Source of the DNA: Anthoceros angustus
Lineage: Eukaryota; Plantae; Anthocerotophyta
Reading direction: 5' to 3'
Length of the DNA stretch: 64,000 nt
NCBI GenBank assembly: GCA_010909165.1
Contig: MU008172.1
Location: forward strand, 558,001 to 622,000
Position 1 is the first letter of the stretch, and the number at the start of each line of letters is the position of its first letter. A model generated the notes under the pieces. That model was not told where the DNA came from. It did not search any database and saw nothing but the letters and a program-made list of their open reading frames with translations. Shown here piece by piece: positions 12,101 to 23,641 of this stretch. The position numbers and the translations under genes were made by a program.

Positions 12101-14317
12101 CAAATCCACAGTGAGTGCTTCACAAAATCTCCTAGGGTCCTAATTCCCCCCTTCTTCTTTGGAAATCTCCAGCTCTCACCCCTCGGGCCATCAGCGGTGT
12201 GGAGTCCCTTGTCGCTCCATCCGCTCTCCCACCCGGCGGAGATGGTGGCTGGCGCCGCCCGCTCTCTTCTCCTTCCCTTCCCTGGTAGTGGCGCACTACC
12301 GTGGGGCTGCCCCTCTGTGGTGATGCTCCCCTACCATGGTGTGCCTGCCTCCCACCAGGTGGGTGCCTCCCTAGGGGTGAGGGCGAGTGCCTCTCGTAGG
12401 CACAAAGGGATGGTGGGGACTCCCACCCTTGATCACCCCTCTGTGTAGTCCTTCTCTCATAGACTACCATTGGCCTTCCTTGCCTGCTCTTCCCTCCTTG
12501 CTTGCTCTTGTGGAAAGGATTCCCACTCCAACCTTGTTGCCTCCACTTCTCCTCTTGGCATTGCTTGTGGAGTCGACCTCCCACCTCTTTGCAAAGGCAA
12601 GGCCTTTCCAACCTGGAGGTGGATGACCTCAAAGGATGCCAAGCTCCTTGCTTGTGAGGTCCCTCGGTTTCCCATAAATGCACCAAATAGGTGCTAAGAT
12701 ATGAGCCTTGGCCTTCCTCATCCACGAATTGGTGGGAGCTTCTCTCGATGGATGTATGTATCATACATGATAGTCCCCAATCGGCTTGGCTCCCATGGAA
12801 ATCTTCCACAAAATTGGAGGAAGTTGGTGCTGAAATAAGAGTCGTTGGTAATTTACCCCACACAATCTTTGCGAAGAGCCTCCACTTGACTCCTTGATGC
12901 TCTCGGTCTTCCGACCATTCTTGGCGTGGGCCTTCCTCCTCCATCCATCATGTCGAGGAACTCTGCGGGATGTCGGAAATCCTCTTCCTCCATTCAACCT
13001 TTCGAGAGAGCAATTCCCTCTTCCTCCGGTCTTCCATACACTTCGAATACTTGAAGTCCAGCAGCGGGATCCGTTCTAGCATTCCTCTCCGGTGCGGCGG
13101 CGCTTCCGATTGATGGAGGTTGATGTAACACTCCTCAATCAATTCCAAATTGGTGTAGGCCATTGGCGGCCATACACCCATCTAGTGGATGTTCTCCTCC
13201 TCCGCCCCTTGCTAATCACCAAATCGGGGTTGAGCTGCAAAGCACAAGTGGGGCATCACCTCACCCCTCTGGCGGGCGCCCTCTGCCTTTTCCCTCGCAG
13301 AGCCCTTGGCGGTGGTTCCTTCCCTTGCCTTTTCCCTCGAGGCATGGCGCCTTTCCTTCTCAAGTGCTTCAAAGGAATTACTCTCCAATTTGAGAGCTTC
13401 AAAATTCACACCTAAACACCCCTTCCTTGTTGTTACTCACTGCAACACCACGTTAGCCACAGCAGTTCTCCATTGCTGCAACCTCCTCTCCGTGGTCCTT
13501 CCTCCGAGGCGTAGCCGCAATTGTTCACAACGCCCTTCACGCCTCAATTCTACGACTGCCAGTGCTTGCCTTCTTGGCTCTTGCTCCGCACCTCCTTCTC
13601 TGGCCAGGTGCGTGGAGCTCCCCTTCGTTGCGGCACTCCACGCTTTTCCTTCTCTCGCTGCTCTCGCGGTGGGGTCGTCCTCCTCAATGGCCGCGATCTT
13701 TTCGCTCGCTTGCTGTGTGATGGCGGCTCCTCTTCCCGCGGCGATGGTAGCCTTCCTTCCTTTGCGTTCGCTCAACTCCAACTCGGCTTTGCTCTTGCTC
13801 TGAAGTGAAGGAAGTCTTAAGCGCACTTTGCCCTTTGGATGGGCACCACGGAGGTGCACAACCCTAGATTTGGTTCATCATTCCAAAATCCTAATCTATC
13901 TAAGCGCCTATTTTCCTATCACTCTATCCCTAATTAATCACTTCCTAATTAATCCATATATTTATTCCCCTATTGGTGGGCATATGTAGTGGATATTCCC
14001 TCTTATTCTAACTCCCTTTCGGCGAGATCTTCGACCTACGCGGTAGGCCCTTCTGATGCGCTCTTCTTTCGGCCTATCGGCGTGGCGTGGCGACCCTCTG
14101 ATGATGACCCGACCTACCGCCCCTTCGGACGCCAATGTCTCATCGAGGGTCACGACCGTTTCTTTCCAGGATATCCTCTTTGCTTCCCCACCACTACCTT
14201 CCAGCTCCAACTTCAAAGAATTCAGGAAATTCCTGACATGATCCCCTTCGATCGATTTTAGCCAAAAAAAAATCAGATTCGTCCTTCTCCCGGCTCGTTT
14301 GGGCGGGTTGCCCAAAC
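9133..14317 (-). mobile_element. Isolated ~5.2-kb giant LTR (family A) carrying a degenerate internal ORF
   Basis: Minus-strand end reads gcccgggtttccacca; TATAAGAGG at 9938-9946; ORF remnant about 13860-10100 shares motifs with the proven LTRs at 28-32 and 38-42 kb; no TSD found, so boundaries are approximate. Confidence 0.6.
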
Positions 14318-14319
14318 TT

Positions 14320-15400
14320 TTGTATTCCGCAGAGACCACTACGACTGAGCCAGTATTCAGAAGAAGACACAAACTCAGACCCTCAAAATGAGACATTGTA
14401 GACAAACGATGCAAAGAGTTGGAGGCAGCTGGTTTGGTCAGGAAGTCGACTTCTCAGTATGCTGCAGCCACAATGTTGCCTCTTAAAAAAGATGAAAACG
14501 GCGAGTGGAAGGACAGGCGCATGTGTGGCGATTATCGAGCCCTGAATGAGGTGACTCCCATGGAACGATACTCGATGCCTACTCTTGATGAGATCTTTGA
14601 TGCCATTGGGGAAGCCACCTATTTTACCACGTTAGACTTTCGATCCGGGTTCAACCAGATTGTCATTGAGGAAGGTGACAAATGCAAATGACTTTTGGGG
14701 TAAGAAATAGCTGTGGAGTGGGAGACTATACGATTCGGACTCAAGAATCGTCCATATATTTCTTAGGGTAGGGACTTGGAGTTGGGCAAGGGCTAACATT
14801 CGTGAAATGCTATATCGATGACATTACGGTATTGCCGACGACTTGGAGGAGCATCTAGAACATCCGGAGATTTTCTTTGCAAAGATTATCAAGCTCGGAA
14901 GGCCCATAGAAGAAATGCAAGTTTGAGTACAAGGATATTGAATACTTGGGACATAAGATTTTGCCGGGAGGAGTACAGCCCCAATTGGCCAAGGTACAAG
15001 CTGTTAATCATATGCCAAGGCCCAAGGACGTTGCTGCGTTAAGAGCTTTTTTAGGACTTGTTAATTATTATCGAATGTTCATCAGGAACATGAGCGGTAC
15101 ATGCAAGGTGTTATATGAACTTCTGAAGAAGGGCACTCAATGGCATTGGGAACAGGAGCATGAGCAGGCATGGAATGATTTGAAGGAGCAAATAGCAGAA
15201 AGACCAGTGCTCATAAGGCCCAACTTTGAGAAACCATTCATATTATATGGGCGGTTGGAGTGCCGGGCATAGGTCTTGTGCTTGCTCAAAGGACCAAAGC
15301 GGTGAGGAACGAGTGTGGCATACACAAGTAGATCTAACAAATGAGGCAACTACTCCTCCTATGAAGGGAATGTTTGGGCTGCGGTGTGACGATGAAAAAG
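14320..15400 (+). pseudogene. Ty3/gypsy RT-RNase H remnant
   Basis: KDRRMCGDYRALN, YFTTLDFRSGFNQI, KCYIDDI, LRAFLGLVNYYRMFI, RPNFEKPFIL; multiple frameshifts. Confidence 0.9.
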
Positions 15401-15454
15401 TAGATGAAGACGCAAGTCGCAGCTGAGCCTCCCAAGTCCTCCGATCAAAATCCT

Positions 15455-15533
15455 TGTGGACCCGACCAATGTGGTTATTGACCCCGCGAGGCTTGAATAA
15501 TTTCCCGCACACGGGACATGGAGTGTCCTTCAT
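15455..15533 (-). other. Isolated C2H2 zinc-finger coding fragment
   Basis: MKDTPCPVCGKLFKPRGVNNHIGRVH fits C-x2-C-x12-H-x4-H. Confidence 0.55.
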
Positions 15534-16410
15534 AGGGACGGGAGAATGGGGCCCCAAGCATCGAAAAAAGAAAAACTTGAAAAATTCCACCCACAGCATA
15601 TATCGCCGAAAAACGTGCCCGCCTAGTGGCCTGGATAAAAACCTAACCCCTAACCACCGCCGGAAATATTACGTGGGCACGGACCAGGGTATCATTTTGA
15701 CCGAGTACTATCTCAGTCCCCGGGACCGCCTAGCCTGGCTACGCTCGGTCCCGGTCCGAGGAGGAACCGTGCCTTTTTGCGACCCTTGGTCACTAAATAT
15801 AATAATATTAAATAAATAATTTATAAATAATAATAAAAACAGATGCAGTCTGACCGGCACAGACCTAATAGATTGCGCCCATGATAAGATGGGTCCATGT
15901 GTCCATAATAAATATAAATTCTTGGATATAAAATTAAGTAGATGGGTCCATGTGTCCATAATAAATATAAATCCTTGGATATAAAATTAAGTAATTTACT
16001 AATTTTAAACGGACCTTTTATGAATCCTCGGTCCTCAAGGGTAATAGGGGACGAGGGTGGGGAACGGGACTCAAGAACCTCCGATCCCATGTTTTTAACA
16101 CATGCAAGGGACGGGACCGAGCTTGGGACGGTCAAAATGACACCGCACGGACCGCCACGCCGCCATACTCGGGCCGGAGCTCGTGCGCAAGCCGGGCCCA
16201 GCATGCGGGCCTCCTCGCTTCACACGTGTGACCGGGAAGACCAAAAATAGGGGCACTGACGGTGGGAACATCCGCCGGCAGGGGACGACGCGAGCCCACC
16301 GCCGCCCGGCGCGCCGAAAGGCTGATGACACTAGCCCACGACATGGGCCACCCGCACTCACTTCACACCGCAGCCGGTCCTCCGCTTTCCCGCTCCCGCA
16401 CGCTGTGGCG

Positions 16411-16654
16411 GGGCAAGGGGCAAGGGCAAGGCAAGGGCAAGGCAAGGGCAGGGGCAGGGCAGGGCAGGCAAGGCAGGCAGGGGCAGGCAAGGCGGGGGGC
16501 AAGGGCAAGGGCAAGGGCAAGGGCAAGGGCAAGGGCAGGGCAGGGGCAGGGCAAGGGCAAGGCAAGGGGCAAGGGCAAGGGCAAGGGGCAAGGGCAAGGG
16601 CAAGGGCAAGGGCAAGGGCAAGGGCAAGGGCAAGGGCAAGGGCAAGGGCAAGGG
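16411..16654 (+). repeat. (GGGCAA)n microsatellite, about 240 bp
   Basis: About 40 imperfect hexamer/pentamer units read directly. Confidence 0.97.
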
Positions 16655-17415
16655 TGTCAAGGTTAATGTATAAAAATTTACGAGTTCAAGATGCCGAAAA
16701 CAAGGAAAAGGTAAGGAGCAAGCTAGTGGGGTTTGGGAGACAAAGTAGGCTTGATCGAGATTGGGATCGCTCGAGAACGCACGGATCCCAATCTCGATCA
16801 GGCCTCACTTGCAGTAGGTGCCTGCTGGACAGCTATGAGCCCATCCACGTTGCTGCCCGCCGCCTGGGCTGCGTCAGAGCCATAGCTGCATTTTCGACTG
16901 TAATGGTGCATTACGTGGTGGAAAATTAGGGCCTATTAAGGGGAGGTCTATACATATGTATTAGGTCCATATATATACCTATGTATTCTAATAAATGTTG
17001 AAATTTGATGAAAATTATTTTTCATAAATATTGAATTTTGAAAATATAAATATTTATGTTGAACCTTATTTTTTCAAAAATTAACTATTTCGAAATTATT
17101 CTATTCAACCACCCCTCGGGGTACGGTATATACCCTCAACCCTCCTCTTAATGCCAATCTTGCACACTCTCACTTACTTCTAGGCATTATTACTTGTTAA
17201 CAATCTTTTAATGAATTTATCGTAAAATATCAGCTGGAGTTGAGTTTCAAGTTCTTTTACGAAAGGACTCCGTAAGGTCATTGAAATATTGCATCCTTGA
17301 TAGGTGATTAAAAAGATTATTAATTTCAAGCTTCCTACTGGGTAGGTAGGTAGTTGAATACCATAGGAAATGAGGATGGTTTTTAAGAAGGCAAGGCAAA
17401 TATCACATATTCGAG

Positions 17416-17428
17416 CCCTAACCCTAAA
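17416..17428 (+). promoter_or_regulatory. Telo-box-like motif CCCTAACCCTAAA upstream of eIF3j
   Basis: About 490 bp upstream of the ATG; telo-boxes are typical of plant translation-machinery promoters. Confidence 0.35.
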
Positions 17429-17910
17429 AGGGTCGCCAGATAGCTTACCACGCGTCTATACGTCCCGTCTTCTCTCGAAGTTCGTGCCAGTGCTTGCCAG
17501 AGTGTGGATCCTCGCTAGCCGCGATCTCCTTTCACTGCGCACTTCTGGTGATCCTGCGCTGCACATCAGTGCTTTGGTCTCAGCTCCACTACTCGAATCC
17601 ATGTCTACTGCTCCCCACTTGCATTGGTTGCTTCCGTTTGTCTTGCCTCCAGGCCAACCCGGCATTGCTGGTTGCGTTTTTAGTCGTAAGGGGTTGCGCG
17701 GATCGCTTGGCAGTATATGATGTGAAGGGGAGGAAACCCCTGCGATGGTGACCAGGGTTTCGATCAGGCCGTTGCTTGCATCGGCCCGCGGATTGTGACC
17801 GACTTCTGAACTCCAAGCGTGGGAGTGCAACAGGGTGACAGTAATCTAAGCAGGGTGGCACTAGTTGCCGCTGTCACTTTGCTGTGCCAGCTTAACCCAA
17901 ACCGGAAGCC

Positions 17911-19350
17911 ATGGATGATGACTGGGGTATGCTCTTGCCGCACAATTCATATTCCAGGGTCCTCCGTGACTGTCTCGCGCATTTCTGTATTGCGGTCTCG
18001 CTCGGCCGTTTATTTTCGTTCAAGTTATGCTGTTTTGGCTGGGCTTGACCTGCATCCCAGCTCCGTGCTAGAGTCTTCATTGTTGCGTGCTTCGGGTGCT
18101 GCAGATGCCGAAGACTTCGTGCCGCCTGCCCCTGTTATAGCGAAACCAGAGCCTTCTAAGAGTCCTTGGGAAGATGAAGAGGATGTTGAAGAGGAAGTTG
18201 TGAAAGCTTCCTGGGAAGATGAGGATGCACCGGATCCTGTAAGTCCGTCGTCCTTCTTCTCATGGATTGACAGAGCTTGTGCATCCTGGACTTGTATCCT
18301 TTTCGTGCGATTGCATCCCGAAGAGTTGTGGAATGGGGAGTCGGATGGTAGTACCAACGCCCTTAGACTGTCCCTTGGATTGTCCTGGTTCGGGACCCTA
18401 AAGGTTGCTGTGCTAGGTGAAACAGGCCCCAGATGCGGCTTTGCCTCCTCCACCACCAAAGCCCAAAGCTGAGAAGAAGAAGCCTGTCGAACCCAAGAAA
18501 AAGAAGGTCGCAGACGAAAGACTGGCAGACCCTGTGGCGGAGAAGCTTCGGCAACAGAGGTACTTGGCTTGGATTCACTCAATGTTTGTTGTTGACTTCT
18601 AGAGTTTCTAGGTTAAGGGAATGACAGGTCCCTCTCGTCATCAAAATAGACTTATCGAAGAGGCTGACTATCAGTCCACAACGGAGCTATTTGGCCAAAG
18701 CAAAGAGGGAGTCCATACGCTAGATAACTTCATCCCCAAGTCCGAAGAGGACTTCTTGGAGTATGCGGAGTTACTTGCCAATAAGTTGAAGCCCTTTGAG
18801 GTTTGTTTTGATGGCAAGCGGTTATTTCCAGTTGATGTGTTGGTGCCTCATTGTTGGCCGATTGCCACCCATGGGTGTGCGAAGCGTTGATCAGGTGCAC
18901 ATCGCCTCGTTCCAGAAAAGCTTCCACTACCTCACGATGCTCAAGGCTCTGGTGAAGCTCTCTGTGGGATCCCTCAAAGCTGCAGATGCCAAGGAGTTGG
19001 CCTCCAGTGCGACTGTTGTCGCAAATGAGAAGCTGAAGGCGGAAAAAGATGCCGCTGGAAAGAAGAAGTCTGGTGAGCCGTCTTACCCTTAACTCATATT
19101 ATTTGCTAGGACTCTGGGTATCGGATATCCGTCTGCATTGTCGTACCCGGATTTCGTATTCGGATCGAGTGTAGACGTTTTTTTCAAGCGTATCCAGTGA
19201 TTTGAGCTACACCTGTATGGTTGGCCTCCTTACATCCGGCTATCCTACCCGCTTACAGGACCCAAGAAGAAACAGCTTCATGTCGACAAACCTGATGACG
19301 ATGGCTTTGGCGTTGCATACGACGACGCGGACGACTACGATTTTATGTGA
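17911..19350 (+). CDS. eIF3j: Eukaryotic translation initiation factor 3 subunit J; exons 17911-17926, 18105-18238, 18426(or 18417)-18559, 18650-18800, 18916-19072, 19259-19350
   Basis: GT-AG introns join in frame to give MDDDWDAEDF...SWEDED...DPVAEKLRQQRLIEEADY...FIPKSEEDFLEYAELLA...ANEKLKAEK...DDYDFM*, with the characteristic eIF3j N- and C-termini. Confidence 0.95.
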
Positions 19351-19990
19351 TCTGTGCCAGTAGGACATCTATTTTTTTTCCGTGGCTCCCCTTCTGATTC
19401 TTATGTGCGTGCGGGTCCTCTCCGGTGTGGGTTGGGCTTGTAGCTTCGGCCGTCTCTTGTTACTTTTATCTTTCTTGAGGTTTTGGGAGATGAAGTTTTG
19501 AGAGGTGTATTATCCTGTTGCCCGAAGTGTATGCTCTCCGTCAAGTGCTTGCTACTTGACTTTGAAGCTTGACCTGAGGCTGATCACGTTGGTATGTAAT
19601 TCGTGGGAAGACATTACACGTTAGTGTGCAGAATGTTGGACTAAAACCCTAAACCCCATGTGATACAATTTGGAATTCTCAGTTCACTGTAAGACAGCAG
19701 TAGGGAAGATGAGGACGAGCCTCGGAAGCCGAGGAAGAGGGTCCATAACATTCATATGTCACTTGCTTTCCACAATGCCTAGAACCAAAGGCGCCTACGG
19801 TAATCACGGTAGGTGACAGACTTAAAGCAAAGAAGTGATCTGTGACAACGTAGATTACACGCGTGGGGAAGCAAATCCAAGCTCACAAGTCCGATGAAGG
19901 GAAGATGGAAATAACAAGGCTGATGGGGTAGGTTGAGGAAATAACAGACAAGCAGGTGCAGAGCAGGTTGAAGGAAGGTGACGTGCCGAT

Positions 19991-20836
19991 CTAAATGGTC
20001 TGAAAAGACTCGTGAATGTGGCGGAGAAGTTGCTCATCACGGGCCCAGTCCTGCGTGGGAGCCTTGACAAAATGCGCATACAACTTATTCTTAGTGCAGG
20101 TGACAGAGATGAGGCCATGAGCCACCGGACTGTCGATTTCATAGTCGTAGTAGACCTGGCCCTTCTCATCCTGGCGATCCGACGCCTTGATATCATCAGC
20201 CAAAGAAATGATGTCCTGCAGAGTTACATCGGAGAGGGCAAGGTTGTCCAGGACGGCGTCACGGGGAGCTAGCTTCCGGAAGCCCGACAGGAAGGTAAGG
20301 TAAACCTTCTCCTCCTTCCGCTTGGGATTGTAGAATTCGCTATCTGTGCCGTTGGTTCCCTTCTCCACCTTGGAGATGAGCCGCTCCTTCCAGCCCTGCG
20401 GAACATCGAAGGTGTACTCCGCCGAGTCCCTCTTGCTAGAATTGCCGCCATAACCCCCATAGCTGGATGCACTGGCTGCGGTGCCGAAGTAGACGTTGAA
20501 GTTGGAGCTGTCTGCAGCCAGAGCAGGGGACCCTCCCGCCATCAGCGCAGCGGCCAGCGCTCCCACCAGTCCCAGCTTCACCGCACCGAAGCCATTCACG
20601 TGTGCTCCCGAGCACGGCGCCGCCGCACGCTCCACCGCGGCTTCCTCCGACTGCAGCCCCTCCCGAGCTTGGACGCGCCATTGCCTGCCGTCCTTCCGCC
20701 CGCTGGCCGCATTCCTGCGCATGCACAAGAAGGCTTCAACATTGGCGCCCCCTCCTCCCGGCTGCGTCTGCTTGCTGCTGCCAGATGCGGGTGCCGCGCA
20801 CACTATGGCGGCCGGGCCGAACGCGATGGACGCCAT
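19991..20836 (-). CDS. PPD8: PsbP-domain thylakoid lumen protein (PPD8-like), intronless, 281 aa from the ATG at 20836
   Basis: Transit peptide, hydrophobic signal ending ALA, then YFGTAASASSYGGYGGN..SAEYTFDVPQGWKERLISKVEKGTNGTDSEFYNPK, which I recognise as the At5g27390-type PsbP domain (subfamily name from memory). Confidence 0.88.
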   Translation of the reverse strand: MASIAFGPAAIVCAAPASGSSKQTQPGGGGANVEAFLCMRRNAASGRKDGRQWRVQAREGLQSEEAAVERAAAPCSGAHVNGFGAVKLGLVGALAAALMAGGSPALAADSSNFNVYFGTAASASSYGGYGGNSSKRDSAEYTFDVPQGWKERLISKVEKGTNGTDSEFYNPKRKEEKVYLTFLSGFRKLAPRDAVLDNLALSDVTLQDIISLADDIKASDRQDEKGQVYYDYEIDSPVAHGLISVTCTKNKLYAHFVKAPTQDWARDEQLLRHIHESFQTI

Positions 20837-21022
20837 CGCTCCAAATCCAGCACACTTGCGCGAGTGTACGAGAAACCCGACCTTCACGATCCGCAGAGGA
20901 TAAGGAAGCTGATGGAAGCGCAGTTCAGTCTCCGGGTTTTCGTTAGAAAAATAAAAACTTCGGCGCCCGCTTCGCGTGGGCTATGGCAGTATCGGGTGCT
21001 GCCGCACCCACGACCCGGGACA

Positions 21023-21052
<30 letters not shown>
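21023..21052 (+). repeat. (GAGCCG)5 microsatellite upstream of PPD8
   Basis: Read directly. Confidence 0.9.
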
Positions 21053-21053
<1 letters not shown>

Positions 21054-21789
21054 TGGCCCTGGAGCGGGTGACTGGATTTCCATTCTCCAAGCTGTCGGCC
21101 GCATACTTGCACATGCCCAAGTCTCACACAGAGATCATGAACTCGTCGACCCACAACCAGTTCCTTCTCAGCTGTACGTAATCTAGCCCAGTGTAAGACA
21201 GAGACTGACAATTAGCAGATTCTGTGTGGTTGCAGCGGCCTCATCATCAGAAAGCTTCCCCTGCTTCCAGGGTAACAGCCGAGACAAGTCCCATTTCCGA
21301 ACCTGCTCGCGCCTGCCAGGTTCAGGCTTATCCGGAGCTGGAGTCGGAACGAGACGCACCATGACCCATCTTCATACTTGGCCAAGGTCATCAACCCAAG
21401 CTGGCGTGCAATTGTTTTCCCACAGCAGCCCTAGGGGGTGGGCGAGGGATTTGGCGGGGGTGGGCAACAGTTCCAAAGGCTTGTTAGAACGCCACCATGA
21501 TGCAGCCTTCCCTTTGGCAATGAGCTTGCACTTCGAGTAGAGCACATGTGCCTGATATCGGAGCGCGGTTGACGATGAGGAAATTTGCTCTCGTCGGGAA
21601 GAAGCGGACAACGCGATAATGTAAAGGGGGGGGCCACAAACACGGTACATTCTCTACCTCGCCAGAACCGACCGCAACCTCTCTTTGGTAGTGGTTAGCG
21701 TGGGGGAGGCCAGCCATGGCAGATGGTGAAGGCTGGATAAAAAGTATACGAATTAAATGAATTTTATTTATTTATTTTGAAAATTACCA

Positions 21790-23253
21790 TCCTTGTATAT
21801 TTATAAAGTCTACCATCCTGCAATATGGGGGTGCGGCAGGACATCCGTCTTCTCCTAACTTATTTGGCCTGTACATTGATGAGCTGGAGTCTTGGATTGT
21901 GGAGTCTGGGGATCCTGGTTGCCTCCTCCCCTTCGTGCGTATAGCTATTCTCTTGTATGCAGATGACATTGCCCTTTTGTCCCATTCTCCTGAGGGCCTG
22001 CAAGAGCAACTAGACACATTGTCCCGCTTGTGCGCGGCAAGAGATTTGGAAGTGAACTTGAAGAAGACCAAGGTCATGTTTTTCAACCGGCGGGATCCAG
22101 TTCTGCACAATCTGAAGTTCTTCTACAAGGGTGAGCCTGTGGAGGTTGTCTGATCTTATGTCTACCTAGGTGGCACTCTCTATGGCCCGACACTCCAGTG
22201 GAAGCTCTCTACCTCTGCTCGCATTATCAAGGATGTGGCTTTTGCATGTGGAGTTTGGAGACAGTGCTCTAGGATGCACATCAAGGACATGCCCACTCAG
22301 CAATGGCTCTTCAACAGAGTTGTTGTTCCCTCACATGTAAGAAGTCTGTCCTCCTTGCCATCTTTCTTGCAGAGTTTGCCACTTTCCCGCTTGAACTTGA
22401 GGGTCTATTTCACCTAACCAACTTCCTATATCGCCTTTACTCTCTAGAAGAAGCTCAGTCTAATCACCCCACCTCCGCTCCCCCATACCTCCTTCTTGCA
22501 TTCCAATCATCCCGGAAGTTAGCCTCCTCAGGAAACAAGACCTGTTGGTATGCCCAGTCTTCTTCCTGGCTCGAGAAGTTTGAAATCATCTGAGAGTCTC
22601 CACCCACCCCTCTTTCGGTTCTTCCCCTCCTAGAATAAGTCCATCCGTCTTGAATTGCAAACTACTTATTTCTCTTATACCTGGTCTCCTATCTCTCCCT
22701 TACCCATTAAGCTCCAAACTTACAAACAACTTTTTCGTATCCTCTCCAACTCTGGGAAACCAATGCTTCCTCTCTATCTTCGCACGCATGTGTCCTTCAA
22801 GCTTAGGATGATTATGGGTCATCTTTGGGTGGGGTCCCACCATCTCAGGGTTGAGACTTATAGATGGATGTGTCCAAAGCCACCTAAGGAGACCCGAATA
22901 TGCAGGTTATGCAATAGGGATGTTGAGACTGAGGAACACTTTGTTTTCCTGTGTCCCATGTATGAAGATATCAGGCATACATTTATGAATCTATTTACAA
23001 CAGCTCGATCTTCACTCAGGGGTTTTTTCAATTTTCCTCACCCTACTATTGTACGAGTTTGCTTGAAACAAATGTGGGAAATGAGGACCAACCAAATTCA
23101 ACTTCTCAACTTGCCGAATATTTGATTATGCTTCATAGCACTAGTCTCTAGGCCAGACCCAGAATAGCAGTTAATTTTCATGAAAGTCTCTCTGTATATC
23201 TGTCAGATCAGTCCCATGATAGAAATCCGTCCTTAGTGGACTTAAAAAAAAAT
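21790..23253 (+). mobile_element. 5'-truncated non-LTR retrotransposon (LINE; RTE/RTEX-like)
   Basis: SPNLFGLYID..LLYADDIALL..LEVNLKKTKVM RT motifs; C-terminal LRVETYRW..RICRLCN..VETEEHFVFLCP CCHC knuckle; short A-tract at 23245-23253; stop at 22151. Confidence 0.85.
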
Positions 23254-23641
23254 TATTCTTCTTGTTCTTCTGCCTAAAAATTAATAAATTTACTAAATTA
23301 TCTTAAATTAAAATTAGTAAATTAAAGTTAGTGGTGCTTGAGGTTTACTTACTGAAAATGCACTTGCCCTGTCGTGGAGAGAGCACATGAAGAGCATCGT
23401 GTGCTTAGCATCCTCCATCCCTGTCATTTCAAGATAAAAAGTATACAAATTAAATAAATATATTTTCTTTATCTATTTATTTTAGAACTTGCCAACTTTG
23501 TTTAATTATAAAGTCTTCATGTCCTCCCTATAAAATAGTAAACAATAAAATTATCCTGGATCAAAAATAGTAAAGTAAAGTTAGTGGTGCTTGAGGTTTA
23601 CTTATTGCCTAAGAAATGCACTTGCTTACTGTATAGGAAAA

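Noticed and set aside
9187-13803. Many plus-strand Ser/Pro/Leu-rich ORFs in LTRs A, B and C
   Set aside because: Antisense shadows of the purine-rich minus-strand ORF.
16411-16654. Interstitial telomere or novel telomere repeat
   Set aside because: The unit is GGGCAA, not TTTAGGG or TTAGGG, and nothing else suggests a chromosome end.
16095-16929. Long ORFs (248, 156 and 134 aa) with ARARAR, GQGQGQ and PLPLPL runs
   Set aside because: They are translations of the stop-free (GGGCAA)n microsatellite, not genes.
17819-18472. 217-aa single-exon ORF overlapping eIF3j
   Set aside because: Read-through of introns in the frame of exon 2; the spliced model gives the canonical protein.
20837-20887. 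17-aa N-terminal extension of PPD8 in the ORF track
   Set aside because: It starts at GTG; the first ATG (20836) gives a normal transit peptide.
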